Assembly (NCBI GenBank): GCA_051294375.1
Contig: CM119266.1
Location: forward strand, 3,352,030 to 3,416,029
Source: Paraspadella gotoi
Taxonomy: Eukaryota > Animalia > Chaetognatha
Reading direction: 5' to 3'
DNA: 64,000 nucleotides
Positions 1-12,300 of the stretch are shown here, piece after piece. The notes beneath the pieces were generated by a model. It had not been told where the DNA came from, searched no databases, and saw only the letters and a program-made list of their open reading frames with translations. Numbering within the stretch: position 1 is the stretch's first letter; the number at the start of each line of letters is the position of its first letter. The translations under genes were made by a program, and so were the position numbers.

Positions 1-232
1 GAAAACGTGATGATTATTATTAAGTATTATTCATATCATAAAAATCTTAAAAGTATAGTGATCTCGCCAGACGTTACTATCAAAGAAAATTAATAGAAAA
101 AAAAAAGATTGACGCGATAAAAATTATTTACGTAATAGTAATTGATTGATTTATGTAATAGTAATTGATTGATTATGTAATAATAATTAATTGATTTACG
201 TAATAATAACTGATTATGTAATAATAATTTAT

Positions 233-1340
233 TATTGATGCGATGATAACCAAATATTGATGCGATGATAACCAAATATTGATGCGATGATAACCAAATA
301 TTGATGCGATGATAACCAAATATGATTCGATGATAACAAATATTGGCGATATAATCATTCATTGAGGCGATGATAATCATTCATTGAGGCGATGATAATC
401 ATTCATTGAGGCGATGATAATCATTCATTGAGGCGATGATAATCATCATTGAGGCGATGATAATCATTCATTGAGGCGATGATAATCATTCATTGAGGCG
501 ATGATAATCATTCATTGAGCGATGATAATCATCATGAGGCGATGATAATCATTCATTGACGCGATGATAATCATTCATTGACGCGATGATAATCATTAAT
601 TGACGCGATGATAATCATTCATTGACGCGATGATAATCAATTAATCATTCATTGAAGCAATGATAGTCATTAATTGAAACGGTGATAGTCATTCATTGAT
701 GCGATGATAATCATTCATTGAGGCGATGATAATCATTCATTGAGGCGATGATAATCATTCATTGAGGCGATGATAATCATTCATTGAGGCGATGATAATC
801 ATTCATTGACGCGATGATAATCAATTAATCATTCATTGAAGCAATGATAGTCATTAATTGAAGCGGTGATAGTCATTCATTTGATGCGATGATAATCATT
901 CATTGAGGCGATGATAATCATTTCATTGAGGCGAGTGATAATCATTCATTGAGGCGATGATAATCATTCATTGAGGCGATGATAATCATTCATTGAGGCG
1001 ATGATAATCATTCATTGAGGCGATGATAATCATTCATTGAGGCGATGATAATCATTCATTGAGGCGATGATATCATTCATTGAGGCGATGATAATCATTC
1101 ATTGAGGGATGATAATCATTCATTGAGAGCGCGATGCTATAATGATATTATTGAGGCGATGATATCATTCATTTGAGGCGATGATAATCATTCATTGAGG
1201 CGATGATAATCATTTACTTAGGCGATGATAATCATTTATTGAGGCGATGATAATCCTTTATTGAGGCGATGATAATCCTTTATTGAGGCGATGATAATCC
1301 TTTATTGAGGCGATGATAGTCATTCATTGACGCGATGAGA
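233..1340. repeat. 22-bp minisatellite array (TTGAGGCGATGATAATCATTCA / TTGATGCGATGATAACCAAATA)
   Basis: About 50 head-to-tail 22-bp units with no unique spacers. A block of variant units at ~620-720 is repeated at ~805-900. Related units occur at ~58805-58970. Confidence 0.95.
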
Positions 1341-1631
1341 CATTCATTGTAATTAAAAACAAACAAATGCGTGTATGAGTGAGAGAGAGAGAGAAAGAAA
1401 AAGAAACAAGATAGATAAGCTGGACAGCCGCTGCAGAACGAACTCGTTTTTAGACGAATGAGAAGAATGATTTTGTCAATTATATATTGTAATCATCAGT
1501 CAGAAAAAGAAGTATCATCAACTTTTTCCCCAATTCCCTTTTGAGACGGATTTTAAAGTTTTGTTTTACGGCCTGAACTTTTTTTTTTCGCCGCATTGTA
1601 TGTCTCACTCTCTCTGCCCCTTCTTTTTAAC

Positions 1632-4600
1632 CTGGCCCGTCGTCGATGGCCTCCATGCAGCACAAGGCATAAACCACGAAGGAAACGACGAGAGAGGGGG
1701 CGCCGACGACGACGCAGGCGAGGACGGGACTTTCCAACCAGACAGCGACGATGGTGGAGGATATCTCGTGGAGAAGACGGCGAAAGGTCATGAGGACCCC
1801 TCGTCCGCCGGAGAGAGGCTCGCGTCCGTGGACGACGCGGAGGACGAAAGCGTCGAGGATCTTTTCAAGATTCGCGTCCGAGGTTTTGGCAGAGTCAACA
1901 CGGAAGTCGGGCGGGAAGGGGGCCGCCGCGTAGAGAGAAGTCTGTCAGGGAGTGTAAATTAAATTAAAAGAACGATAAACCAAATAATAATTAATGTCTT
2001 CCCCTATTTAATAAGAAATCGGAAAGATTGGCGGTGATACATCTTGGGTCGGCATTAAAAATATTTCAAAGGAATCCCGTCAGGGGTAGCACAAGTCAAA
2101 CAATTTCTCATAATTTAATTTCTCTATTTCACTTGTCCCCTCACGACGCAATCCCCTCCAACCAATCTCAGCGACTCACATTAGGCTGAAGGGCGACGAC
2201 GGCGGGGGGCGTCACGTAGCCGACGGTGAGAGACGCGACGAGGACGAGGTCGTGGGTGAACCCGAAGCGGACGCCCTCTTTCGTTCCTTGGTCGTCGTCG
2301 AACGAAGGATTCTCCGTCATCTTGCGGAGCAGCGTCTTCAGTCTGGCGAATGAAGAGGGGAAAATAAGAAAATAATGGAATGGGGAGGAAAGAGAAGATA
2401 AGAGAAATGAGGTCGAGTAACATTATAATGTTTATTTCAGCGGCAGTAAATTCCGTGACAGAATTTAATCTGAAATCCTAGCAGCCATTTAATCTTAACA
2501 CACATTTAAAACTTAACGTGTTATCCAAAATTGTTTCCTTTAGCCATTAAAAAAAAAAAACAATTTTTAGAATTCCTAGATTTATAATTGTATATTTTAA
2601 AACAAACGGGAGGAGAGTTTTCGTCAAAAATGAAGGGAACGGCAAGGATCGTCGGCGCTTCGGACTGCGCGGTGGAAAACGGGGACGCCAGAGGTTATTT
2701 GACGTCTTCGTGTTGTGAGAAATAATCGGGATTTTTGGTTTACATGAAACAATTTAGTTTCGGCGAACCTCAATCAAAACAACAACAACGTTTCCTTCGC
2801 GCCGCAGCCAATCATAATTCCACAAGGGTGAGGATAAAAAAATTGACGCAAGAAAATTACAGGATCCATCTCAATTATTCACAGATACATTTTATTATTT
2901 AGACTTATATCAGCGAATCCAAATTTTTTTCGAACCAAATGACCCACAGTCAGACGGCAAATCAGAATTCGCCGTGCAGTTCTGGGACTTACGTCGACAG
3001 CCACGTCGAAAAGAAGGGAAATCAAAAGGAGTTTTTCGTTTGCATCAAAGTAAAAATTAAAACTTTCAATAAATTCAAATCTAATTAAGTCTATTTCAAC
3101 TTGATTCACATTCAGAAACCCGACATAAATCCGTGTCTCGATATGGAGCACCGCGCCATTTACTCGGAGCAACAAATTCGTTTAGATCAAGTGAGGAAAA
3201 GTTTGCTGTAAACAAATAACTTTTTATGATATCTTTTTGTTTGTTACCAGGGCTTGGACATACTGGACCGGAACGGCTTAAACTACAATCTTGAAATCGA
3301 CATCAATCACGACACCATTTTCATGGTCCGTAATCCTAATAATTACGACGTGGACGAAAAAAATTTTTAAAACCTCCCCATAGGCTCACATGTCCAAACT
3401 CCTCTCTAAAAGCGGCTACTTCTTCGACTCCGTAGTCAACTTTCGTCCTAACTACGACTTTGAAAACTCGCGCATCGAAGTGAAGAACCCCGAGATCACC
3501 CCCGACGTCTTCAGCAGCCTCCTCGATCTTATCTACTTTCGGACGGTAAAGACCTGTAGAGAGGGTCTTCAAGCCATCGGTCGGGCCGCTCAGATCCTCG
3601 ACATGGCCGAAGTGGTCAAGGCGTGCCAAGAGCTTCAAGACCCGGCGTCGGTTCAATCTCCGCCTCCGCCGATGATGCCGATGCCGCCGCCAGGAGGAGT
3701 TCCCGCGCCGCCACCTCCGCCGTTTGCGGGGCCGGATCCGACAGTCTGCCCACCACCTCTCCTTCCCGGTCCCTGCGTGGTGGGCCCAGAGGCGAACCAC
3801 GCTCACGCGCCGATTTACCCGGGAGAGGAGGTACGATTTTTGGCGATGATTTCTAACCCAACACACTCATAGTAGCAAAATTTTTCCCCACCAGTTCCCA
3901 GTTAGTCTGCCGCATCCGGTGACAGGATTTCCTCATCACCATCATCATCCTATCCCCCGTCGGCGAAAGGCAAAGACGTGTTGTCAAGGGAAAAACTGCG
4001 GTCATTGCAATCCGTGCATCACCACGTGCAAAAATTGCGAGGAAGAGAGGTTAATATTAAATAATGAGTGCCATTTCACAGCTTATGTACTTTTTAAACT
4101 GATAAACTAATCACTTTAAACCGCCGAGACTCGACTAAGACAAAACTTTTTTTTTATTGCACAGAGAGGATTTCCCGCAACCGGAGCGCAGAAAACCTTT
4201 GGATTCATGCTGCGTCTCTAATGGCGGACAATTAAGCGATTTGAATTTAAACGAGTGTCACCCCGACGGTTATCGCGGTTCGTGAGGATCATGGACTGTT
4301 GAACTTGTTGAATAGGAGTAAAAATTATTGAAGTTTTCATTCATCATTCAAAATTTTAATGGGTCGCCGCTCGAAAGTTCTTTCACTCATTCCTGCTTTT
4401 AGCGAATTTTGCTTTTGGAAAGGTTTTAATACAATTCTTTTCTCAAATATATTTTTTCATTATCTCTAATTATTTTTTCCGCAGACGATCGGTGCGACTT
4501 CTCTTGCGAGGACGGGACCCCACCCTGCAAGACAGCTCTTCAACTGCTCTTCGACGCGATGGATAGAGGGGCCAACGAGCAGTTCCACGAGGCCTACAAT

Positions 4601-6786
4601 ACGCTCATGGACAACTTCGTGCAGATTTCGATGTCAAAGGATTTTCTAAATCTCAATCACCATCAGGTTAGAGCGGAGAACTTCTCCATTTTTTAATTGC
4701 AAGTCTCACTTTCTAAAACAGTTCACTCCACCCGCAGCTGGTCTTCATCCTGTCATCAGACAGCCTCCGCGTCCCGGATGAGATGTTCGTATATCGCGCG
4801 GCGCTTCGGTGGATGCAATTCGACCTCATGACCCGACTGCATCTCGCCGCTAAAGTGCTCAAGCCCATCAGATTCAAGCTGCTGACTTGGGAGCAGCTAA
4901 AGGTCAGGAGAATCTAAAAATCTTGACGTAAATGTCGGTCGTCTTCACTTTCCTCAATCTTTGATCTTCGATCCTCGAATCTTCAGGAGGTCCAAAACGA
5001 GGCTCTCTTTTCAAACGAACGTTCCGTCCACGCTCTCCTCAAACCCGCTCTGTCTCAATACAGAAGATCCGGAGGCCAGAACGGCGCATGCGCCGAGATG
5101 TCGAGATGTCGCCGTTACGTCGACAGCGAAAAAACGCGGCTAAATTAGGAATAATGGTTATGTAGCAGTACATAGTTATAATGAAGCAGTTGTGTAAAGT
5201 GTCCATTCAAATGGTTTTCAGTAGTAAATTAGAAGTAGTATATTAGAACTTGTATGTAAACTTTTTTTATTACGTCCCGACAAGCCTCTCTGATATCAGA
5301 CAAGTGTAGTTTTTCCATGAATATCATCGCAGGAGTATCAGTCTCACCAAAAGTGGAACCGGATCGGATCAGCAGATTCCGACTCTATAATTCACTTTGT
5401 CGGTCCGTCGGTCCCATCCCTAAATCTTGTCGGTAAATCATTTTTATCACATCAAAACATCATATTATGGTAAATTAAGCAAAATAACGATGTCCGTCCG
5501 TCTGTCCGTCCCCCCTTAACAAAAAACAATTACTCGTGATTGGATGGATTGGAATGAAATTTTATGTGTGGGTACTGGTTAGAAAAGTGTGTGATTGAGC
5601 TGGATATAAAGTTTCGATGGAATCGTGTGAGTGGAAATCAGTTTAAATTGAAAAAACAAAAGTCACATTAACTTAAATCTTTTTTACTAACTTTAACCTA
5701 CAATTACTCGAATTAATCATAATTGGATGGTTAGATTGAGATTAATTTTTGTGTGTGGGTAGGAAAGTGTGTGATGAAGCATGATATAAAGTTTAGATGG
5801 AATCGAGGAGTAGAAATAAGTTTGCATGGAAAAAACCCAAGTTGACTTGAATTTTTATTATTTGTACTTACTCATGAATGTTTTAATTAATTAATTAATT
5901 AAGTAAAAAAATGATGCAAATTTGAAAAATGATGCAAGTTAAAAAAAGAATGCATATTGAAAAAATGATGCAAGTTAAAAAAAGGATGCTAGTTAAAAAA
6001 AATGATGCAAGTGGAAAAAATAATAAATTAAAAAAAATCATTTGTACTTTATTTGTAATTATTTATTCAACTATAGTATTTATTTATTTGTTTATCCATT
6101 TATTTATTTATTTATTTAGCTGATTACCGCTTATTTATCGTGGGCAGATCCGTCATTGTTTGCTCAAACTTGTCGTGTAATGTTTTAGGGTGGCCTCTTT
6201 TTTTGCACAGGAATGTAAACAATGTTGTAAGTGATTTAAAGATGAACGTGCATCGAGTCAGCAAGAGATCAGATTCGTTGATTCTGTTTTCGCCTTAGTG
6301 TCAATAATCTTCCTCCTGAAAATATATTTCTCTCGATTCTCATTTCACTCCTTTCTCTTCGCTTCAAAGTTCAAACGCTAACTTATTTTAAAAACAACAT
6401 TCAGTGAGAATTTCACACTTTCCGCACTTTCCACACTCGATTTCCTGTACAATTTCTCCTTCCCTTCCCCTCCTCCTACGAGCGGACCTTTTATTGATTT
6501 CCGGTTCGACTTGACCCGCCGACGGTTTTTCCAGGACGGCCAAGATGGCGAATCGCCGCCCCGACGACAACTTGTCCAGCGAACTGCCGCCAAACTCCAT
6601 CAGCACCGGCCATTTTTCTCGCTCCATCCACTCGTCCAGCCGAGACGAGAGTTCGTCTTCGGCGACGTTAGATGGCGCTGAAGGATAAAGAAAACTAATA
6701 GAAACTTTTAACATTAATTAATAATTACTAAATGGATTAACTCCGGTTGTCATTTTGTTCATAGCGATCGCAAGAGAAGCCGGTGA

Positions 6787-6833
<47 letters not shown>

Positions 6834-8568
6834 ACTCGGGCAGTGCCCTTGCTCACTATCTTCAATCGCATTCACAATCCTTTCTGTCCGCAACATGTCT
6901 CTGTTTTTGTGATTTCTACCCGATAATAAAATGCGGGTGGCTTACCAAGGCCATATCAAAACCTTAAAGTTCCTCATTTCCTGTTCTGATCCCAAAATAA
7001 AGCTGTATTAACTTCCCAAGAGGTAAGTTCATGGGGCAAGTTCTTTCTTACCAAAAATAGTCTTTTCAAAATACAACGCCAGATTTAAAAGTCTCATCAC
7101 CTTGGAAGAGCTTGATTTTTCCGTTGTCCTTCATCGCCACAACCGTCGGTCGCCCAGTCTCCGTTTGATGAGATGGAATTTCCGCGGGAAGTTGGTTCGC
7201 GCTGAGGAAGAAGGCGTCGAGGCGCATGCGCGATGCTAGGCGAGAGTAGGCATGCTTTTTTGGGAGGAAGGGGAGAGTGAAAGGAGAGAGAGAGAGTGTG
7301 AGGAATGGAAAGGGGGAGAGAGAGGGACAAAAATAGAGCGGGGGAGAGAGATAAAAAGAGAGAAAGAAAGAGGGGAATAGAGAGAGAGAGGGAAAAGAGA
7401 GAGAGAGGGGAAAGAGAAAGGGGGAAGAGAGAGGGGGGAAAGAGAGAGAGAGAGAGAGGGGAAAGAGAGAGAGAGAGGGGAAAGAGAGAGAGAGAGGGGA
7501 AAGAGAGAGAGAGGGGAAAGAGAGAGAGAGAGGGGAAAGAGAGAGAGAGAGGGGAAAGAGAGAGAGAGAGGGGAAAGAGAGAGAGAGAGGGGAAGAGAGA
7601 GTGCCGGAGAGAAAGAAAGAGACACAGAGACAGATACAGACTACAGAGAAAGAAAGAAAAGAAAAGAAAAAAAGAAAAAAAGAAAGATTTTGAAAAAGAA
7701 ACAGAAAAAAGAAAAAGAGAAGGAAATCGAGAAAAGGACGATCTACAGCGATTGTCTCTCACCATCATCGGATGCCCCTGATCGCCGGCGTACACGAAGA
7801 TGACGATGCTGTCGGGCAAATGGGCGGGCAGACTCTCGCGAATTTTGCCGCCGTCGGGCACGTGTCGGACGGGCGGAGCGGAGGCGCGGAGGGCAAACTG
7901 CGTGAGGGCGTTGGCAGTTCTGTCTCCGTCGTAATCGAGGACTTCGGAAAAGAGGAAGCTGGTGGATTAGAGTTGGAAGAATATCACTATCACCAAATCA
8001 AACTCATTGTAGCGTACCTCCCGATTAATTCTAATTTTAAATCTTACAATTTAATCGTGGGAAAGCCCCTGATTTGGTATTTGGCAGTCCCTTCTGTCCA
8101 ACGCGTTCCGTCGATCCGTCCAACGTGGACGCCGGATGGACGGAGACGCTTCGCCGTCAATTCGTAAACGGGCGCCATCTGTTTGCAGTATCCGCACCAA
8201 GGAGCGTAGAACTGAAAAGATTATTTATATAGTTTATTTGATTAAAAGCTATATGATTATTTTTCATGATACCAGGAAGTATTCTCACCATAATTAGCCA
8301 TGGGACGTCGGTGGGTCCATTCCAGAAGCTAAAGATGTAATTTACGTAAAAATAAATAAGTTTAAAATAAAATATTAAGCAAACAAATTTTCGCTTTCGT
8401 TCACTTACGAGTCAGTAAGTTCGACCACATCCCCTCCGCTCGCTAACGCCGCCAAGGTTAGGACTGTATGTACAATTATCAGGGTCATGTCACTCTAATA
8501 TTTAAAATAGGCTGCTGGTTTCTCAGACACGAATTACCTGTTAAAAACGTAAACAAGTTGCGACCCAT
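1632..8568 (-). CDS. TMX3: Thioredoxin-related transmembrane protein 3 (PDI family); last exon not located
   Basis: Phase-consistent GT-AG exons 8568-8538, 8463-8409, 8328-8289, 8211-8048, 7958-7763, 7254-7101, 6677-6488, 2342-2180, 1941-1632. They encode a signal peptide, the thioredoxin domain FYAPWCGYCKQMAPVY...IRGFPTIKF, b/b' domains, and the TMX3-type C-terminal region GGRGVLMTFRRLLHEISSTIVAVWLESPVLACVVVGAPSLVVSFVVYALCC. Confidence 0.9.
2630..5148 (+). CDS. BTB/POZ-BACK protein without Kelch repeats (~544 aa), nested antisense in a TMX3 intron
   Basis: Eleven phase-consistent exons: 2630-2693, 2758-2827, 2914-3049, 3116-3190, 3251-3325, 3384-3830, 3895-4049, 4165-4268, 4485-4666, 4738-4902, 4987-5148. 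BTB motifs: AHMSKLLSKSGYF and VFSSLLDLIY...AAQILDMAEVVKAC. BACK motifs: NFVQISMSKDFLNL and ILSSDSLRVPDEMFVYRAALRW...IRFKLL. The 5' exons are less certain. Confidence 0.85.
5300..6173 (+). mobile_element. Non-autonomous Helentron/DINE-1-like element
   Basis: ACAAG...CTTGT ends, CGGATC/GATCCG subterminal inverted motifs, a (GTCY)n microsatellite at ~5492-5510, two internal ~175-bp direct repeats and an ~19-bp AAATGATGCAAGTTGAAAA array. The 3' part recurs at ~29955-30315, ~55015-55345 and ~25245-25270. Confidence 0.6.
7270..7730. repeat. Purine-only GA/GAAA-rich intronic tandem repeat
   Basis: GGGGAAAGAGAGAGAGAGA-type units fill the TMX3 intron. Confidence 0.9.
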
Positions 8569-8821
8569 AATTGCCGATCGAGCGGACGAGTGCCTCGAGA
8601 GATCCTGGATGAGTCAGAAGTGCGAACTACACCCGCAAATACGACCGAGAGAGAGGGAGGGAGAGAGAGAGACTGCGGCGGAGAACTTTGTGTTCATTTG
8701 GTCGAGACTCTCGAAGTCTGTAGCGGAGGGTGAGGCCCTCTGTCGTTTGTAATCACGAAACATGAATGACTTTTGTTTTATGATGAAAACTGACACAAAC
8801 TATATAAAAAAACAAACTTTT

Positions 8822-9070
8822 ATCATCAGTCAGAAAAAAAAGTATCATCAACTTAACCTCCAAAAATCACTTTTTCCTAATGCCATTTTCAGACTCCGAC
8901 TTTAAAGTATTGCTTTATTCTACTGCCTGAACCAATTAATTTTTTTCTTGCACCAATCGATAGCTTTTTTAAAAAGCTATACTTTTTATAAACATTTTCT
9001 CAGAATTAAAAAAAGAACTAGTGGGGTATTTAAAGATAACAAGTGGCTACTTTTTTTGCGCCGCAGTGTA
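8822..9070. mobile_element. Tc1/mariner-type MITE remnant (TA-CACTGCGGC terminus)
   Basis: Ends in GCCGCAGTGTA. Homologous to 1491-1600, and the same terminus occurs inverted at 13321. Confidence 0.55.
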
Positions 9071-9076
9071 GGGGGT

Positions 9077-9140
9077 AGGGGCAAAATAGCTTATTTATTA
9101 AATTAATGGATAATTTTTATATTGGTAGTACCAATATCAT
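9077..9140 (+). mobile_element. 3' fragment of the twister-bearing repeat (ribozyme core missing)
   Basis: GGGGCAAAATAGCTTATTTATTAAA...GGATAATTTTTATATTGGTAGTACCAATATCAT matches 11826-11888. Confidence 0.75.
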
Positions 9141-9367
9141 ATGAAATTGTTACGAAGTTGCTAACTATGGCCTATGGGCTATGGGCCATTTTAAAACTAC
9201 GATTAAGATACAACTATTGCATAGGAAGCTTTTATTAAAAAAAAAACAAAACAGAAAATTGATAGATGCTAAAAATTTTTTCACGCTACTGTAACAAAAC
9301 TAATTCTAAACAACAATTATACGTTTTTTTGTTAACTAAATATAACACAAAAAACATTGAATAATAA

Positions 9368-12300
9368 TTAAAAATCTTGGCTCCATTCCGTGGCGGCTTT
9401 ATAGGATGGAGGTCCGTCTTCTTCCAAACCGTATTCCATATATCTTCTGTACGACGGGACCGGAGAAGCAAGTTGTCCTAAAATCAAAAAGAGCAATTGC
9501 ATATGTGAAATTATTTATACTTAATTAAAACAAAAGATGTTTGTGTGCTTCTCGAAATGAAGCTCACCTAATTTCGTGACTTGAGCTTCTTTCGGTTCCT
9601 CCCGATTTCTCTCGTTCCTTTCGCTAATTTCCACCCAATATTCCGACTGCTGGTTCTGTCCAGGCTCGACCAAATTGTTGTTGTTACCGGCGTGGTTGCC
9701 ATGGTGAGAAGGGCGGTAATTAACCTGCGGGCCGTTCCCAACCCTCTTCCGTCCTGCCTCGGGCGTTCGGGCGGATGGCCGCACACTCTTGGAACCCCTA
9801 GGAGTCCGCGGGCTTCGGAGCCTTTGATTAATAGCGTCTTGCGCGCCCTGAGCGCTTCGCTGCGGCGTGGCCGGGGCTTGGGGAATATGCCGCCCCTGTC
9901 GGGGAGTCGAAGGCAGCTGCGGTTGGGTCAGGTTTCGCGGCGGCTGCACGGACGACCGCGTCGGCTGAGGAATCTTCGACGGAGAGTTAAGATGCCGCGG
10001 CTGAGAATTCGGCGGCGGAATACGAGAAGTTCGCGGAATACGGGGCTGCGGCGGCGCTGCTGACCGCGGCTGCTGCTGAAGCGGAGCCGCCGACCATTGC
10101 TTCTGCTGCTGGAGAGGTTGCCCATACGATTGCGGCGCCACGTAAACGGGAACGGCTTCGTTGGAATGATAACTGGAAGAGGGACGAGATCTTTTGGTGA
10201 AGGTCGCGTCACGGCGAAGTGTGACGCCCTCTGGATTTACGGTGACATCTCCGTGATTGGTCAAAGGGACGGAATTCGTGGCGAACTGATTGGCGACAGT
10301 CGCTGAGGATTCGGTGGTATTATTGCTTGGAAGGACGGAGACTGCGCCTGATTGATAATACGCATGATTATGAGAGATGTGATTGGCCGAGCAGTTGGCG
10401 GAGTTGTGATTGATGGAAACAACTCCAGCCCGATCGACCGATGATTGGCTGGCGGAGACGGCAGCGCGTTCGGCGACGGCGTTGAGGTCTTCGGCCAACG
10501 CGTCCGCGGCCGACGAGTAGTTGGCCTCCAGCATCGCCGAATGGCGCGACGCCACATCCCTGGAAGACCTTGTCAACTGACGAGTCGACGACGACAGTCT
10601 CTGTAACAGACTAGGGTTCGACGAGTATTGAATCTTGAGTCGCTGCAGCTGCTCCATCGTGTCGTGACGGGTGACTGGAGGCGTGCCGAGGTAGACCGGG
10701 GAGAGATAGTCCGGGATGGAGAATGTGGAGGCGGTGAGGCCTTTCGATCGATGCTTCAACAGGCTCTCTCTCGATTCGGTCTTCAAGGCGTCGCGTTGAC
10801 GAGGTGCTGGATCCGGTTTGGCTTCCCGTTGGAGACTGACGTCGGAGGCGGCGATTTCCACGGTCGGTTTGACGTCGGTGGCGTCTTCCAAGTCGGATTC
10901 GCGAAGAGCAGCGGCGAAGGCGGGCGAGGCGGAGAATCCTGGAGTAGAAGCGAAAGTCGGCGACTCTTCGTAGAGGACGGGACGTCTAGCGGGAGATCTG
11001 GTCGGCGTTGGCGGTTTCCATGCCGGCGGCGGGGACGCCCATTGCGCCGCGGAATTTCTAAGGGCGCCTTGATCGCCGGAAACGGCATCGATGCTGGCTC
11101 CATTGGGCGAAGGGACGCCGTCGAAGCTGGGATCAGCGTGAGGACTGACGCGAATGACGTCACGAATCGGCGTCCGCGGATTTGATCGTCGGGAAGTGGA
11201 AGGCGTCGTCGGGGGGCGTTGCGGATGCAGGACGGGATGGTTGGGCGCCGCGGGGTTGTAAGTGGTGGTGGATATGAAAGCGCCGTGGGGGGTGTAGGGT
11301 CGAGGGGGTGGAGCCTCGGCCGGTGTGTAGGGGCGTGGCTGTGAAGCGAAGGAAGTGTCGGTCGTGATGGGAGTGCGGCGCGAAGAGTCCGAGACTAGAA
11401 TCAGAATGGATAGAATTTGTATTTATTTTTGAATAATTTGACATTTTTAGTTTATAACTTCACCTTTTGAGAGGAAAGAAAGTTAAACATATATGGACAA
11501 CGAATCCCAGCGTTACCGAAAAGAACGACTGATATAGTGATAGACAAGGAGTTTATTCCCTTCCCAAAATAAAAATTTTGTTTCAAAGTCAAAATCCCCT
11601 TCAATTTGCCAGAAAATTAAGTTTGCGTTATTATTGTAAAAAGAATTAAAGAGAAGTAAACTTACAGTTAATTTACGTTAAAGTAAAAGTAAAAGTAAAG
11701 TCAATCCAGCCTGAAATTAAAGGTTAAATGTTAAATGTTAATTAATAATTTAGATATTTCTCTTTGAACTGTTACTATTGTAAGAGTGATGGAGGCCTTA
11801 AACCACCAAAGCCTGTCCAAAGTCAGGGGCAAGATAGCTTATTTATTAAATGAATGGATAATTTTTATATTAGTTGTACCAATTTCATTCAAAGTTGGAA
11901 TTCGGTTTCCTATTTTCGACATCGATCGCCCCCCCCCCGCCCCCTCCCACCCCCCGGGGGCTTGGGGAATTATAGAAGGCAGGAGAGGTCTTTCTTAAAA
12001 AAGCTGGAAAGGGGAGAATCGCTCTTGGGCAACTTCCAGATTTTCACCCTTCTTCTCTCTTAACCATTTCTCGATGATATTTCAACGTGAGTCATCCACG
12101 ATGGTTTTCGTCGGTTTAAAATACGTGAAAAAAAATTTTGTTTACTCGATTGTGAACACGTGATGGGATTCGAGCCTCTTATGAAATTACAGTCATTTTT
12201 TTTTTCTTCACGTTACGCACACATCACACCCTCGCTATCTCGCTTCGTATCTTAACCAAAAACCATCTTTGCTTACTCAATACTCAATACTCTTCCTCAC

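Noticed and set aside
233-1340. CRISPR-like regular array
   Set aside because: The units are contiguous with no unique spacers, there are no cas genes and the context is eukaryotic.
1561-1962. 133-aa plus-strand ORF
   Set aside because: It is the antisense shadow of a TMX3 exon.
7097-7861. Long SL-rich or RE-rich ORFs here and throughout the window
   Set aside because: These are translations of (GA)n/(CT)n microsatellites, which lack stop codons.
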